NCBI RefSeq assembly: GCF_964355755.1
Contig: NC_092671.1
Coordinates: 3,162,001-3,226,000, forward strand
Source of the DNA: Antedon mediterranea
Lineage: Eukaryota; Animalia; Echinodermata
Length of the DNA stretch: 64,000 bases
Direction of reading: 5' to 3'
The notes under the pieces: model-generated
What the model was told of the DNA's origin: nothing
What the model saw: only the letters and a program-made list of their open reading frames with translations
The model's database searches: none
Shown here: positions 27,866-64,000 of the stretch, piece after piece
How the letters are laid out: each line of letters starts with the position of its first letter
Position numbering within the stretch: the first letter of the stretch is position 1
Made by a program: the position numbers and the translations under genes

Positions 27866-28584
27866 ACAATGCATCTAGTCTATTTGTACCAGAATTCTCA
27901 TTTATTGACTAAGATGTTTACATGCATCTAGTCTACTCACACCAGGCTCCTCATTTAGTATTTATGACAACACATCGTGTGGCATCTAGCCTACTCAAAC
28001 CAGACTCCTCATGTGGTTGTTACCACTTATAAACCAGTAGTTTACTGTACTTCTAGATAGCTGGTCTACCCAATTGGTGATTATTCAGGTAGCTAGTCAA
28101 AAAACACTAGACGCAAATTTACTAGTTATATGATTCTCAAGATTTTATAATTTCCTGTGTACAAAAATTAGGATTTTGTAATTTTCACGGCTCCTTTTTT
28201 GTACTCTGAGCTGATGAGCATTTGTAAAAAAGTAATTAAAATATTTTAGTAATATTTGATTACTCAAGTCTATTCTAAAGCATTGTTCCCACTAGGATGC
28301 AACTCATTAAAGACTTACACTCAACACACAATGTCTAAGTGGCAACCAAGCTTATGTCCTTGGATTGCGTTCTAGTGTGAACCAAGCTCTAACAAAGTAT
28401 TGATAGGGATTGTGCAAGAAATAGTTTAATTGAATTTATTCTGTAAATTTTAAATCTTTATTGGTGCAATCAATGTGTTTATAGCTTTTATAAAAGATGT
28501 TACTTTAGTGCTTTTATGAATATTCACAATTATTTGCTTATAATCACACAATACTGTATAGTTGAGTAATGTGCAGTGTACTAA

Positions 28585-28850
28585 TGCAGTAATGTACAGT
28601 ATACTTACAGTAATGTACAGTATAGTATACTTACAGTAATGTACAGTATAGTATACTTACAGTAATGTACAGTATAGTATACTTACAGTAATGTACAGTA
28701 TAGTATCCTTACAGTAATGTACAGTATAGTATACTTACAGTAATGTACAGTAAACATAGCAATGTACAGTATCATTACAGTAAACTTACAGCAATATACA
28801 GTATACTACAGTAATATACAGTACCATTACAGTATATGTACAGTATAATT
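28585..28850. repeat. 26-bp minisatellite downstream of the MGAT1 stop
   Basis: ACAGTAATGTACAGTATAGTATACTT. Confidence 0.9.
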
Positions 28851-30311
28851 AAATGCACATACATTGACAGAACTTATATATAAAAGAATATCTATCAGAA
28901 GAATGATCAATCTTGCATTTTCCTCTAATAACAATGGATTTCTATGAAGATGGGATGGGAGTGCCAAAGCTTGGCCTTTTTGCACTCCATCTTTTAGATC
29001 AATGTTTTTTTTAATAGCATAGCATCACACATTCAGGTTGCATAGAGGTGGTATACAGGTCAAATATACCTATATGTACTATATAAAACCACATATAATT
29101 TTCTTAGTATATATATTCTCTATAGATACATCCATAGAACGGATTTCAGATTTTTAAATGAAGATATTCATGGTGTTAATTTATGGGATAGGGAACAACA
29201 GGTGGCTGTTTTTATGAACACTTTATGCCTCCCTTGTTTTCTAAATTTTGGATCTACCCCTCATAATAATAATAATTTTAATTTAAAATAATACAAAAAT
29301 GTTAAAAATAATAAGTGTAATTTGTTTCCATGTTTTGCGTTGTTTGAATAATTTTCAAAATATTTTAATAAGTTTCGTTTTACTTTATAATATAATATAG
29401 AACAATTATAAGATTACTCTGCATACAGAGTGACATTATGGTATAGTATTGTCAAGCATATTTTTAAATTACCATTTTCTTATTAACAATTATATTGTTC
29501 CAGTATTACCAACTAAATCAAAACTCTTGCAATACCAGACTTTCTAAAACTGGACACTCTCTAAAAACCAGATTTTTTGATGTCCAACGGTACTTTTTAC
29601 TATTAAATCACATTCTGAATTACATACATTTTGGAAAACCAGACATATTAGTCCAGTCTTGTCTATTGGGAAAAATAACTGATTACCAATTTACTGTTTC
29701 ATTATCCAAAAGTACCGTATACCATGTCACAAATTTAAGTGCTACAATTTGATTAGTACTGTATGATTTTACATTAATTAATTAATTTTACATATTTTAA
29801 TGGTTAATCAGCTTTAAATTTATTTTTGTTTCTCATGTCATGAAAATATATTTTGTTTATAATTATTGTATATTGTGTGCGTGATTAAAATGAGTTGTAT
29901 AGTGTTTAGTGTTGTTAATGTAACAAAAATAACAATGTGTTGGTACAATTAAGTTATGATATGTTTGAATAATTTTAACCAATTAAGTGATCATTTCAAA
30001 ATTATTCTACTGCAGTACCTGCAGTAACTACATCTTTACCTATTTACACAATTATTTAACAAGCCTTTTTTTGTAATCGTAGACACTGGTTATTGCAGTG
30101 ACTGCTTCATATAGACTTCAAATCATATTATTTCAGTTTTTAAAATGTGGTTACTTCAGTAAACTGCAGTAAATTTATTTTGATATCGTTCCTAAAGTGA
30201 TGATGTATTTGAAGGCCTGTGCTTGTATTCATATTTAATAAGCTAATTTTATTAAGTAATTATTAATTATTAAATGTTCATTAGAGAGAATGAGTGTTAT
30301 AGAATCAGTTA

Positions 30312-30564
30312 CAGTAAAACCTCTATTAAGGGGACACCTTCTGGGCCAACAATAGGGATTTCTCCTAAATAGGAGTAGCTGTGATGTAGTGTTACTTGTT
30401 CGTTTAACTTTCATGGTGCTCACTAAGTATGAGTTGTCCCCTGACTAGGGGTGCCCACTAAGTATGAGTGTCCCCTGAGTAGGGGTGTCCACTCAGTATG
30501 AGTGTCCCCTGACTAGGGGTGCCCACTAAGTATGAGTGTCCCCTGAGTAGGAGAGGTTCTACTG
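30312..30564. mobile_element. Tc1/mariner-pogo-type MITE with TA TSD and internal ~30-bp repeats
   Basis: TA|CAGTAAAACCTCT ... AGAGGTTCTACTG|TA; related copies near 12936, 26628, 32897, 38992, 40943, 53703. Confidence 0.75.
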
Positions 30565-30697
30565 TATTAGAGTGAATTATAGATACCCTACCAAAAATAT
30601 ATTTACATTTGTTATTTGCTGACTCAGATGTTATTTATTTTATCAATTTGCATATACTGTATATGGAAGATTGAAATTTGGTAAAGGGTCTCCTTTT

Positions 30698-30858
30698 AGA
30701 GACTGTGTCAATATTATTCTACTGCAGTAACTGTATATTAGAGACCGTGTCAATATTATTCTACTGCAGTAACTGTATATTATAGAGACCGTGTCAATAT
30801 TATTCTACTGCAGTAACTGTATATTAGAGACTGTGTCAATATTATTCTACTGCAGTAG
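30698..30858. repeat. ~42-bp tandem repeat, 4 copies
   Basis: AGAGAC(C/T)GTGTCAATATTATTCTACTGCAGTAACTGTATATT. Confidence 0.9.
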
Positions 30859-31426
30859 TAATTGTTTAAACTGTTATGCAATTATTTAATAAGCATTTTT
30901 GCAACAATGTCTTAAACTTCTATTAAAACCAACTAAATCATCATTGCAGTAAAAGAAAATATAATAAGTGCAGTAAGATAACATGGTCAGTTGGTGAATT
31001 TGCATCAATCTTAGGGCATTCATGTTAGAATAAGAAAAGGTGTATAGAGGTGATCTCATGTCATGTAAATTAGCAGTAATGTATTTACATATCCAAGTGC
31101 TTCCAAAAATGTTCTTGTAAATGATTATTGTAAATATGTACCAGCTCGTCCAATCAGCATCTCAAGATGTACAACAAACAGCAATAATCAATGATATTTT
31201 ATTCTGTATCCTCACATACACATTTTCCTTATCTAAGCTTTTAATTTAAGTATTAATTTTACTTTAAATATCTTTGTGATTAAAATTTCAGATAAATTAT
31301 AAATATACTAGTATGATATATTCTTATGCGTTATAAACTAAATTTTAATATTGCTGGAAAATTTTGCTTTTGAACTTTTACCGTAAGTTGTGAAACACAT
31401 CAAGAGTGTATTTTTGTAAAACTTAA

Positions 31427-31577
31427 AGCTCTGTCTACACTATCAAACTAGTTTGATAACAAAGTGTGATGTGCCCAAATATGGTAGCGATATACCCAAA
31501 TATGGTAGTTATATGATATCATGTCCATATTTATGGCAACATCACATTTTGTTGTCACATGTTTGATAGTGTAGACC
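31427..31577. mobile_element. Harbinger-type MITE copy
   Basis: AGCTCTGTCTACACTATCAAAC...TTTGATAGTGTAGAC. Confidence 0.8.
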
Positions 31578-32974
31578 GTTTCAAAAGGATAAAATTGAAA
31601 AACATAAATAAATTATTAACAAACTATAAAATATAAATTGAATTTAATATATTAACACATTTTGGTTCATAGATATTTATTTCTTTGACCTTCAAGTATT
31701 GTTAAGAACTTTTAAATAGTGTTTTAATAATTTAAATATATAATATTTTAAACACTATTTATTAATAAATTAATTGTTTCAATTACTGCTTTAATTTTTA
31801 CATTATTCTTTACTTTTAATCATCAAAATAATTAGAAAACAATTTTCAAACAGATTATAATTTTAATAAAACATTTCAATTATTTTACATGAATTATATC
31901 TTTGTTTTGCTTTATATTTAGTCAGTTTATGGGTTTTTTTTTAACCAAACCTTAGTAATTTTTTTTAAATTGTTGATAAAATAAACCAATATTGATATAT
32001 GTATTATAATAGCATAATGATTGGGATTTTGATGATTCTAGGACAATGTCAGTAAGGAAGATTAGATAAAAATGTTGATGATGAATATGTTAGTTACGTA
32101 TTTGATTTAAATTTTTCTGTGAATACTGTATAAACAAACAATTTTTATATAAGTTGTTATGTGTTTTTTTGTTCTCGGAAGATGATCTGTAAAGACCCAA
32201 ATATGGAAAATAATTCAAATGTGAAAATTACTATGAAAGATGATGATAACGCAATATATGTACATATAAGTACAGGAAAATATTCGAATAATTACCAAAT
32301 TTTTCCCTTTTATTTTTTTACATAACTGGGTTCTATGACTTTATAAGATGATGATAATGCAATATATATGCATATGTATCAATATTATTGCATAATTATT
32401 GCATTTTTATATGTCGATATTTTGGCTGTTTTTGAAAAAAAAACCTGTACTAAGTTCAGGGAAATTTTCGAAAAATTACCAAATTTCGGCCCTTTTATTT
32501 TTTAACGTAACTGGTTTCTATGACTCTATAGATGATGATAACACAATAAATACACATATATAGCAATATTATGGCTTAATATTGAATATAATTTTATTGA
32601 ACATTGAGTAATGAATTTGTTTACAACCTATTATCTGAAAAAAACAACAGAAAATTGCTTTTATACCATGTATTATAGAAAAAATACACAAAATAATCAA
32701 ATAAAAAAAAGTGTGTGATGTAACATGTTTGTGGATAACATTCGGTAGGAAAATAAACATTACAGCTATATATAAATCATACGTACAATTAAATATATCC
32801 TACATTATTAGGCCTAATTCAATTACATATATACAAATAATATGAACTTTAACCTTATAACCTTTGACATAGTCCGACATAATATTAATTGTAAAAACAG
32901 TAGAACCTGTCCTTCCGGACACCCCTTCAAGGGGAACTCCCTTCAGGAGATATACCTGATGGGTAGAAGAGGTT

Positions 32975-33093
32975 CCTGGGTGGATAGAAGCAAACGTCTT
33001 GCCTAAGGATACAAGCAATGTGGCGAGAGTTGGATTCAAACCTCGATCTCACGATCAGTAATCGAACGTCTAACACACTGCGCCACACGCTGC
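32975..33093 (-). mobile_element. tRNA-derived SINE fragment with a CORE-like segment
   Basis: A box TGGCGCAGTG, B box GGTTTGAATCC, then TGTATCCTTAGGCAAG. Confidence 0.6.
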
Positions 33094-34746
33094 ATAAATA
33101 TTTGGCTGCCCAATATTTAATATCTATATAATTTATATTTCATAATAAGTGGAATATCCCATCCTTATACATTTACTACAAAAGGAATAGTACAAAGGAC
33201 TTTCAATTGCAACCTATTAGGTCGTAAGCACACTGCAAGTAATTTAACCAATCACAACGTATGGCTCATTCCAACTGTCGCTTGAAGCTTTGAAGCTATG
33301 TTGTGTCTAAGTGTGAACCAGGCTTTAGGCTTGGACAACAGTTTTTTTTTCATTTTATATTATTCTTATAAAAAATGATTTATAGTAGTATGTGTTTGTA
33401 GTAATAAAATAAATGGAATAAGTATAAGAAAACACAACACCAACAATTGAATAAATAAATAATAAATATACATAAATTGTTTAATTGTAATTGAATTTTA
33501 AAAACAAATATACAGGAAGTATAAAAAAAGGATTAAGTATACTAAAAATAATACAGTTTATTACAAATATAAACTGTAAATAAAAAATACAATAAGTATA
33601 AATAAAACAATAGAATAAGTAAACATAATAAAAAAACATATAAAAAACACAAAAAAGAATATTCACACTGGTAAATATAACTAGAGTATTTATAAATAAA
33701 CCAAAAAATAGAATATACTAAACTAAACTAAATATACATCAAATCTACTTAATTCAATTAAGATTGAATTTTCTCTATAGAAGAGGCGTACAGAAGAGGC
33801 GTACAAAAGTACGTACATACTCCATCATCGGGAATCACTTTGGATACAAAACCCGTTTGAAGTCTAGTACAGTAAGGAAGAAAATATAATTGATAATATA
33901 TCTCAAAGTATACAAATATATATATTTATGTTATATATATATTTCATAATTTTACCAATCTATATACATTCACTTGAAAACTATTTTGGCACTTATAACA
34001 TGGAAGTCGGTGATGTTAAAAACAATAACACAATTAAATAGGCACTATGTGACACTATACAGTGATTTCAACTATACTATACATTCTTTTACATGTCAAT
34101 ATTATAAACTAAAGCTCTTTAATATTCAGGTTGTCCAATTTAACTACATGAAACTAACAACTAATTGACACATATGTACATACTGTATGTGTGGAGTGTG
34201 ACCCAACCTGTCCAAACCAAAGAATATCTGTGTGTGTAGAGTGTGACCTAACATGTCCAAACCCACCATCATTAATTTACAACTATCCCCTATGCTTATT
34301 ATAAGATGTACAAATGTTTTGTATTGCGCACTGACAGCAGAGAAAAGATAGACTAAGTTTGGAAATAATTACCAGGCAACAGGACATAACCTATTATTAC
34401 TGTTTCTCTAAGCACCGGACAGAATTGGGCGAATAGTGGGAGGATTTCTGTCTTTGTGCAATCAACTGTGTACCATAATTCTGCCTGTGTGCATCAGAGT
34501 TCTGTTTGTGATAGATTTTTACCTGTTGCTTCTGTATAATAGATTTAATGCCAGTGATTTCTGCCTGTTGTTTTTATTGTACATTCATTTTGTTATCATC
34601 TAACTATATACATTTTGTGCTAAGTTGCCTAATATTTAATATGTAATTTAACAAATACTAACCTATATTCTGTTTTACAATAAATAATCTAAGAGTGATA
34701 CCAACGGGGAGAGTACATGATTACAAATTCTAATCTCGGCTATTTT

Positions 34747-57611
<22,865 letters not shown>

Positions 57612-58029
57612 ACTGCTTGCTTACAACAACACAGACAAAAAAAAATCGGTATAAAATATGTAATTTTACTCAAAATATGTGAGAAAACGATCGTCTAAAT
57701 TATAGGCTGTGTAAAAAACACAAGCTGGAACCTTGGAAACCGAACTACACCACATACGGCGGTCATGCCGAGATGGCCATTCATTCATACGTCTTGTTTC
57801 CCGGCTAGGCTCTATTCATATGGAAATTAACTACACTCACTGCAACTTTAATAAATATCAACAGTTTGTTGAATTGATGTTAAATAACTTGAAATTACCT
57901 ACCTTCAATATCACGTCAAAATAGTATGTTAAAAGTACTGAAAAGAAAGTTTTATTCCAAATAAATAATACATGAATTCAAGATCAGGAACTTCTAACCA
58001 ACTTCTTCCAGGCAAGGAAGAGAGCCTTA

Positions 58030-58295
58030 CTAGAGGGCGTAGGCCAAGTTATTTACTTTATCATAAGCGAATTACGCCTCGCCGCCGCGCCTCCTCCTCC
58101 CCCGGGCCGCGCGCTCGAGCTCTGTCGCCGCGAACTCCTGGTCACCTTGGCCTTTGAAAACTTCCGGGTTTAAAAAAAAAAAGTAAACAAGATTTGAACT
58201 TTGACCAAATGTCAAGGATGGCGTATTTGTGTGTGAATTTTTCTGGACGGAGTTTAGTTTAGCATCTACATTATTAGCAATTTGTAAAGCAGGTA
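58030..58295. promoter_or_regulatory. Candidate bidirectional promoter / first exons of FER (-) and FBXL17 (+)
   Basis: Most GC/CpG-dense patch of the window (58075-58152); ETS-type ACTTCCGG at 58160-58167; YY1-like GATGGCG near 58217; outward-facing donors CTA|gtaagg (minus, 58030) and CAG|gtaggc (plus, 58292). Confidence 0.6.
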
Positions 58296-60376
58296 GGCTA
58301 AATGAAATAAAGATAGGATTTAATAATATAATATAGACCAGGTATGCTCTAATAAAAGATAAACCTAGGCCTAGCCTACCAAAAGACGCCAAGAAGTACT
58401 TAAAAAGAAAACATATACGGTAGGCTGCCACCTGCCAAAAAAAAGTGTGAGGTGGCTGGTGGTGGGTGACGAGCTTTCTCTAGCTGGGTCAAATTATACC
58501 ACCCACCCTCCTGCCTATAATAGTAAAGTAGTACGTAGGCTAGGCCTAACTAGGTTAGGTTAGTACATTATTAATATTACTGCACTGCTGGAATATTTTA
58601 GTATCCTTCATAAATCAATATGAGAATCATCTTTTTTTTTAATGGAAAATCCTTTTTTGAATCATAAATACTGTATATTGTATTTTATATAATATAATTA
58701 TTTTTATATATTTTTATTACCTTTCTTTTAGTATATATTATTAATTTTTAATATATTATTGAGACTGACAATCCCCCCTAAGTAAGGAGGCACTTTACTG
58801 TGATGGGAGGAAACATTTAACATGTTCCGCAAACTATGGGCAGCAGCCAAAACATTTTTTATGGATAGCTTGAGAAGTTGAAAAAAAAGTGTCAAGATGA
58901 TGAATGGTGTTTGATGTTACTGAATTATGTGAATTGTTACAAACATGTTCGTAAACCTACTAAATACCATTGATATTTGCAGCTAAAGTTTTGATGATGA
59001 TGATAACGATGTATGTAAATTTTTAGGTGAACTTTGACGCAACACAGTGTCGTGATTTTAATATTTTTATTATTTATAGGCCCATACAGTATATTCTTTG
59101 ACCAGTAAAAGGAGTGGAGGAACAGTAAAAATGTAATTTACTGTCCTCTTGTCAACTGTAGTAAAAAGACCGCTGGGAATAAGAATTTTTAAAGAGCATG
59201 ATTATGGAAGGACAGTTTATAATGAGAGTTGAAAAAAGTTATTAATTTATCACATCATCTGCACCCTATAGACAGTATTATATCAAGCCTGAATAATAAA
59301 AAAAAGTGGTAAATATTATTTTTAGATGAGTCATAAAATTAAACTTCAAACAAATCCCATTTGATAGCATAATAGAAATCATGACAATAAGTACCACCAT
59401 AGTCATACAGCAGTGAGTGGTACACATTGAGATGAAATTCAAGTGTCTACTGTACACTTATTTTTCTATTGTTAAAATATAATACACTGAGATGAGTCAG
59501 ATTAAACCTGAGACAGAGTAAACTGAATGTCATTGTTCCATGTGCTATCATTTTATTGTTCTAACACGTGGACGGCACTTGTACTGCTGAATACATTCAG
59601 AAAAATCTCCCGAAACCAGTTTCTTGAGGTCCCAATTTAGCATTTAAAACACATTTAATCAGAATACTGGAGACTTGTCTCCAAACTTTCATAAATAAAA
59701 ATAAAACCAGACATATTATAAGTTAGCCCATCACATACATATGTGTACTGTATCACAGAACTTGCTGCGATACTGGACGAAATATAGACACCGATAATCG
59801 GCTACAAATTGTAAAATAAATGTAAAATTGTTATTCCAAAGATTACTGTTAGTTATTCCAATTTGTTTAGATAACACTTAACAGTGAAAGTGAAAATGCT
59901 AATATGGGTTGCACAGCAAGTATATAATCCTATCATAACTTATGTTTCCTTGGATTTAATCCCATTTTCCTCTGCTTGTTTTTTTCTATTAAATATTTTA
60001 CTAATTATTCAGGAGACTTTATTCCCAATTTAGATACACTAGCCATCAGGGAATGCATGTTGGATTAATTTAAATTTACATATATTTTTTTAAGCCCAAC
60101 TTTAAAACAATTTACTAATTGAAGTAAACTTCTTTCCAGCTGTGAATTACTTTTTTATATAGTCACTTTTTGGGTCAGGTGATTCTGGTTTTCAAAACTT
60201 CTTTAACTTCACAAACCAAAGCAAGCATTACAATTTAAAAGAGTTAATTCATAGAAACCAAATTATAATTCAATAAAATAATTGATTCATTAGTTGATTA
60301 AACTATGATTACTATGTCTAAATATTTAAAAATATGATTTTGTTTTGAATGTAATTTGCTCACCAGGCCCTATATT

Positions 60377-60548
60377 CCTGGTTCCCATAAGACACAATGC
60401 AATGGATGTAATCTCACAACGCAAGCAAATTTACCAATGACAAGCGACAGTTCGAATAATCCATCACTTGTGAATATGATTGGTTAAATTACTTGTGTTG
60501 CGCGTACAACGTCCTTGCGTTGCGCCTCTAAGTGGGAACCAAACTTTA
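60377..60548. mobile_element. Harbinger-type MITE (GGTTCCCA...TGGGAACC family)
   Basis: Inverted ends; related remnants at ~28285-28392 and ~33205-33327. Confidence 0.55.
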
Positions 60549-60574
60549 TTGAAAGATTACCTTCACAGCAACTA

Positions 60575-60915
60575 GTGAGGGAGTGGTCAAGCCTTTATAC
60601 ATAGCCATAACATCGGCAACGATCCAAGGCTCACTCGCTCCATGGTTCTGTTAGTAGAACCAGTCTTCTCGGATACAGAATATAAAGGTTCAGTGTACAC
60701 ATCTGGTGTGCACTTCAAAGAACCTATCTTTTGAGACGAGTAGGGGGTTACTCCAGTGTACAGTAGTACTGTAGGTCATACAGCCACAGTCACACACAGT
60801 TACTTATCATAACTGGGCCCTCTGGGAGACCACTCTTTGACAGAAGAGATGTTTTTATGTACTATACTATGAAATACACTCAAAATATTTTATTTTAATA
60901 AGGACAAAATAAAGT
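60575..60915 (+). mobile_element. Deu/Nin-type SINE copy
   Basis: Same head and core as 41087 and 51145. Confidence 0.75.
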
Positions 60916-62002
60916 GATTTGATTTGGTCAGGTCACTCAGTATAATAAAGAATATTATAATAACTAAATTGAGGCTCTGAACAATGTGTAGTGTTAAATA
61001 TCGATAGTCTTTTTGTTTTGATATCTTAGGGGAAATCCTTTTTGATTATACACTAATCTATGTTTCTTTTTGTTTACTCTAACATGTGTTATAGTAAAAC
61101 TTCATGCTGAGTCAGCTAAATTGTAAATGTTATAAGTATCATTATACCAATTGTCATCATGATATTTTATATTTAATCATTGTACACCTACTCTAAACAA
61201 TTGTGGTCAACTCTAGGTAATCCCCTATTGCTCCACCCTTTTTAGATTTTAACAGATTTTAAAAAATATTTTAACCAAAAAAAAAACAGTTCTTAATTTA
61301 TATATTTGCACAAATTTCATTTGCTCAAGCAAAGCAAAACAGAAGAAACCAAATTTAATTATGAACGAAATGTAGTCGGTGATGCATTTAAAGTGTAAAA
61401 GAAAAGAAAAAAAAACTGGATCCCTAAACACAAGCCAAGATGTATTTTCTTTCAAAAACATGAAAAACTTTACAGTAAGCCATTTTATAAGTTTATTCAC
61501 TTTATAAAAACATACTGGAATTGATAATAACAGTTATTAAATTTAATATTTAAAAAAATGAGCTTTCGTTGACTTCTTTTTTCAGTAGAGTACGGTTTTA
61601 TCAGGTAAATAATTGTTTTAATCCAAGTGAAATAAAATAAAGTGGCCTATTCAACAAAAAACTTGTTTTTAAATAATGTTTCCATAACATTACAATTTAC
61701 TGTATCTTACTTATTTCAAATATATAAAGTTTTTAAATGTTTTTCTTTTCTGACTTATATGCTTAATTAAAATTATTAAAATTGTTTTATAGTAGTTCAG
61801 TACTATAATAATTATCTGATTTCTGTTGTTTTAACAAATTATTTGTTTTATTATTTAAAATATATTGTTTAATTTTCAGATACAGTACTTATGTTCTTAT
61901 CATGCATGAATGAATTCTTACAAATAATGACAAAGCAATTTGTGATGTCACTACATTCTGATATCAAGATCACATTGAAATAAAAGTATAAGAGTAAAAG
62001 GA

Positions 62003-62751
62003 ATGATGAAACCAGACAAGCAAGACTTGATAATGGAAGGAAATGAGACGGAGAGAGGAAGTACAGTCAAGGAGGACAAAACTCTCCCTCATAAATATGC
62101 TAATAAGTCATGTGACGTTGGCTCATTAACCATTCAGTCTTTAAATACTTCTAATTGTGATACATCACCAGAAAAGCGGATACTGCCTCAAGGGTCGGTG
62201 GATGATAGGTTAAACCCGAACAAACTGTGTCGATACTCATATATGGACTGTACATCAAGATCTAAGAGATTACCACCAGGAGATATTCCTAATGAAACAG
62301 ACATTGTTGTTTTAGAAAGGACAGACGACGACGCACATGGCGGTAAAACTGAAAGCAGACTAAATCAGTCAGTGGTAAATGATTCACTTTCTTCAAAATC
62401 AAACGTTGAAAATAAAAATATAACAGATGAAGTATTATTTATAAACAATCTGCCACGAAGTCTTCTTGTACACATTTTTTCGATGTTAAAAATGCGGGAT
62501 ATTTTAAATCATGCAGCGTGCGTATGCAAACTTTGGTACAGTATTAGCAAAGATCCGGATCTTTGGCGTAGCATCAGGTTAGAAGATTCACATGAGTATC
62601 TACGAATCACAGACTGCATTCTGGATCGTGTCACATCGCTTAGCAACAACATTTCGTCAATATTACTTTCAGACTGCAGTCTCGTTACGGACAGCGGATT
62701 ATCGTCTGTCCTCACTAAATGTTCAAATTTAAGGATTTTGCATTTATTACA
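62003..62751 (+). CDS. FBXL17: FBXL17 first coding exon (disordered N-terminus, F-box, first LRRs)
   Basis: 250-aa ORF; acceptor ttcag ends at 61879, donor CA|gtaagt. Confidence 0.9.
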
Positions 62752-63472
62752 GTAAGTACAGTATCAAAGATGTATATAGCAAACAAAGTTTAGGTAGGTG
62801 TCAAACACTATTAATTAGTCTAGACAAAGACCTTTTAGGTGAGTAGTCCTGGCCACCTCAGCACAAATACACTCGATATAAAAATGTACTCAAATATGTA
62901 TTGTGCACAAATTAATCAAAACTAAAAAATGAATACATTTTAAAATAAATTTTAATTTATATGCGTATCTTAATACTTTAGATGTTCAAGGTTAACAGAC
63001 ATGAGTTACACATCTATCGCTGACCACTGTCATCGGCTAAAGAAGTTGAACTTGTCGGGTTCTGTCGGTCTAACTGACGTCGCCCTTCAGAGGGTAAGTA
63101 AAACAGAACTGAAAAAAGTTCATATTGATACCATTTATTAAAAGAGTAGAAAAACTTGTACTGTAATACTTTTGTGTGAAACCTTTAGTCACTTTAATAA
63201 TAAAAATTAAAAGGTACAGTATTGATTGCCAAGGACTGAGTATGAAATTTAACGAACATTGGAGGGTGGGATTACACTTTGTGATTAAACAGTAATTTTT
63301 CTTGTTTTATTTTTCAAGATTGCCTGTAGCTGTAGGCAACTAGAACAAGTTAAATTGAACCAGTGTACACAAATAACAGATAAATCAACACAAGTTCTTG
63401 CCATCAAATGTCCGAACATTGAACTTATCACATTCCAAGAAAATAACCAGGTTTGATCAGTATATCACAGTA

Positions 63473-63503
<31 letters not shown>

Positions 63504-63980
63504 ACAAAAGGTTTTTTCCTGATGGCCAAGCGGTTAAAACAGTGGAACCATAATACCTAGCCATAACATCGGCAAGTGTCTAACTTGCACCATGGTTCTG
63601 GTGGTAGGACAAGTCTTCTCAGAAAAGGACTAACTGTAGATCCAGTGTACACATCTGGCTCATGTGCACTTTAAAGAACATAGTATATCTTTTTAGACAA
63701 GTAAGGGATTAAAACGGTGTACAAGTCCACACACAGTCACTCATCATGAGGGCCCCTTGTTTAGTGTCACCCTCTATAAATGAAGTTAAAATAAAGTATT
63801 TAAAAAAATAACACAGTATAATTGATTAATTGATTGATATTTGAAAGTGAAATAAAATTTTGTTCTTGAAAGGTGACGGACGCATCAGTTGAAGCTCTAT
63901 CTTCTCATTGCAAGTCTCTTCACTCTATAACAATACATAAATGTTCCCTTTCAATAAATGGTTTCTTCCATTTATCAAAA
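62003..63980 (+). CDS. FBXL17: F-box/LRR-repeat protein 17, 5' part (continues beyond window)
   Basis: Exons 62003-62751, 62982-63093, 63319-63450, 63873-63980, phase-consistent. F-box INNLPRSLLVHIFSML...CVCKLW followed by Cys-LRRs; QENNQVTDASV and CSLSINGFFHLSK resemble FBXL17 QENKLVTDQSV and CSVTSKGVIHLTK as I recall them. Confidence 0.88.
62982..63093 (+). CDS. FBXL17: FBXL17 LRR exon
   Basis: CSRLTDMSYTSIADHCHRLKKLNLSGSVGLTDVALQR. Confidence 0.92.
63319..63450 (+). CDS. FBXL17: FBXL17 LRR exon
   Basis: IACSCRQLEQVKLNQCTQITDKSTQVLAIKCPNIELITFQENNQ. Confidence 0.92.
63518..63800 (+). mobile_element. Deu/Nin-type SINE copy in an FBXL17 intron
   Basis: TGGCCAAGCGGTTAA A box, CATGGTTCTGGTGGTAGGACAAGTCTTCTC core. 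Confidence 0.75.
63873..63980 (+). CDS. FBXL17: FBXL17 LRR exon
   Basis: VTDASVEALSSHCKSLHSITIHKCSLSINGFFHLSK|gtaagt. Confidence 0.92.
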
Positions 63981-64000
63981 GTAAGTTTGTGGAATAATTG

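Noticed and set aside
57972-58431. Arg-rich ORFs over the GC island
   Set aside because: Compositional by-product of the GC-rich promoter candidate; no recognisable domain.

Overview
AT-rich, intron-rich animal genomic DNA; an invertebrate deuterostome such as an echinoderm is my inference from gene structure and repeat content. Three protein-coding genes can be reconstructed by hand with canonical GT-AG, phase-consistent splice sites. (1) MGAT1/GnT-I on +, 11 coding exons, 247-27865, ~463 aa. (2) A FER/FES-family F-BAR-SH2-tyrosine kinase on -, 57611/51808-34747. (3) The 5' part of FBXL17 on +, from 62003 to beyond the window end. FER and FBXL17 are head-to-head around a short GC-rich island (~58.1 kb), the orientation I recall for human 5q21. 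The standout observation is a pair of intact, tandem-duplicated FER exons (37119-36962 and 36642-36476) that each encode the catalytic loop, DFG motif and activation loop. They are strongly diverged at silent sites and can only be used one at a time, so they look like a mutually exclusive exon switch that swaps the kinase activation loop. Also notable: an in-frame 86-aa N-terminal FER extension, a decayed partial duplicate of another FER exon, a candidate 48-nt cassette exon, a three-level transposon nest (LINE in an Academ-like element in a Harbinger MITE), Deu/Nin-type SINEs, Penelope-type minimal hammerhead motifs, and many MITEs and minisatellites. All family assignments come from reading the sequence and recalled motifs; no searches were run.
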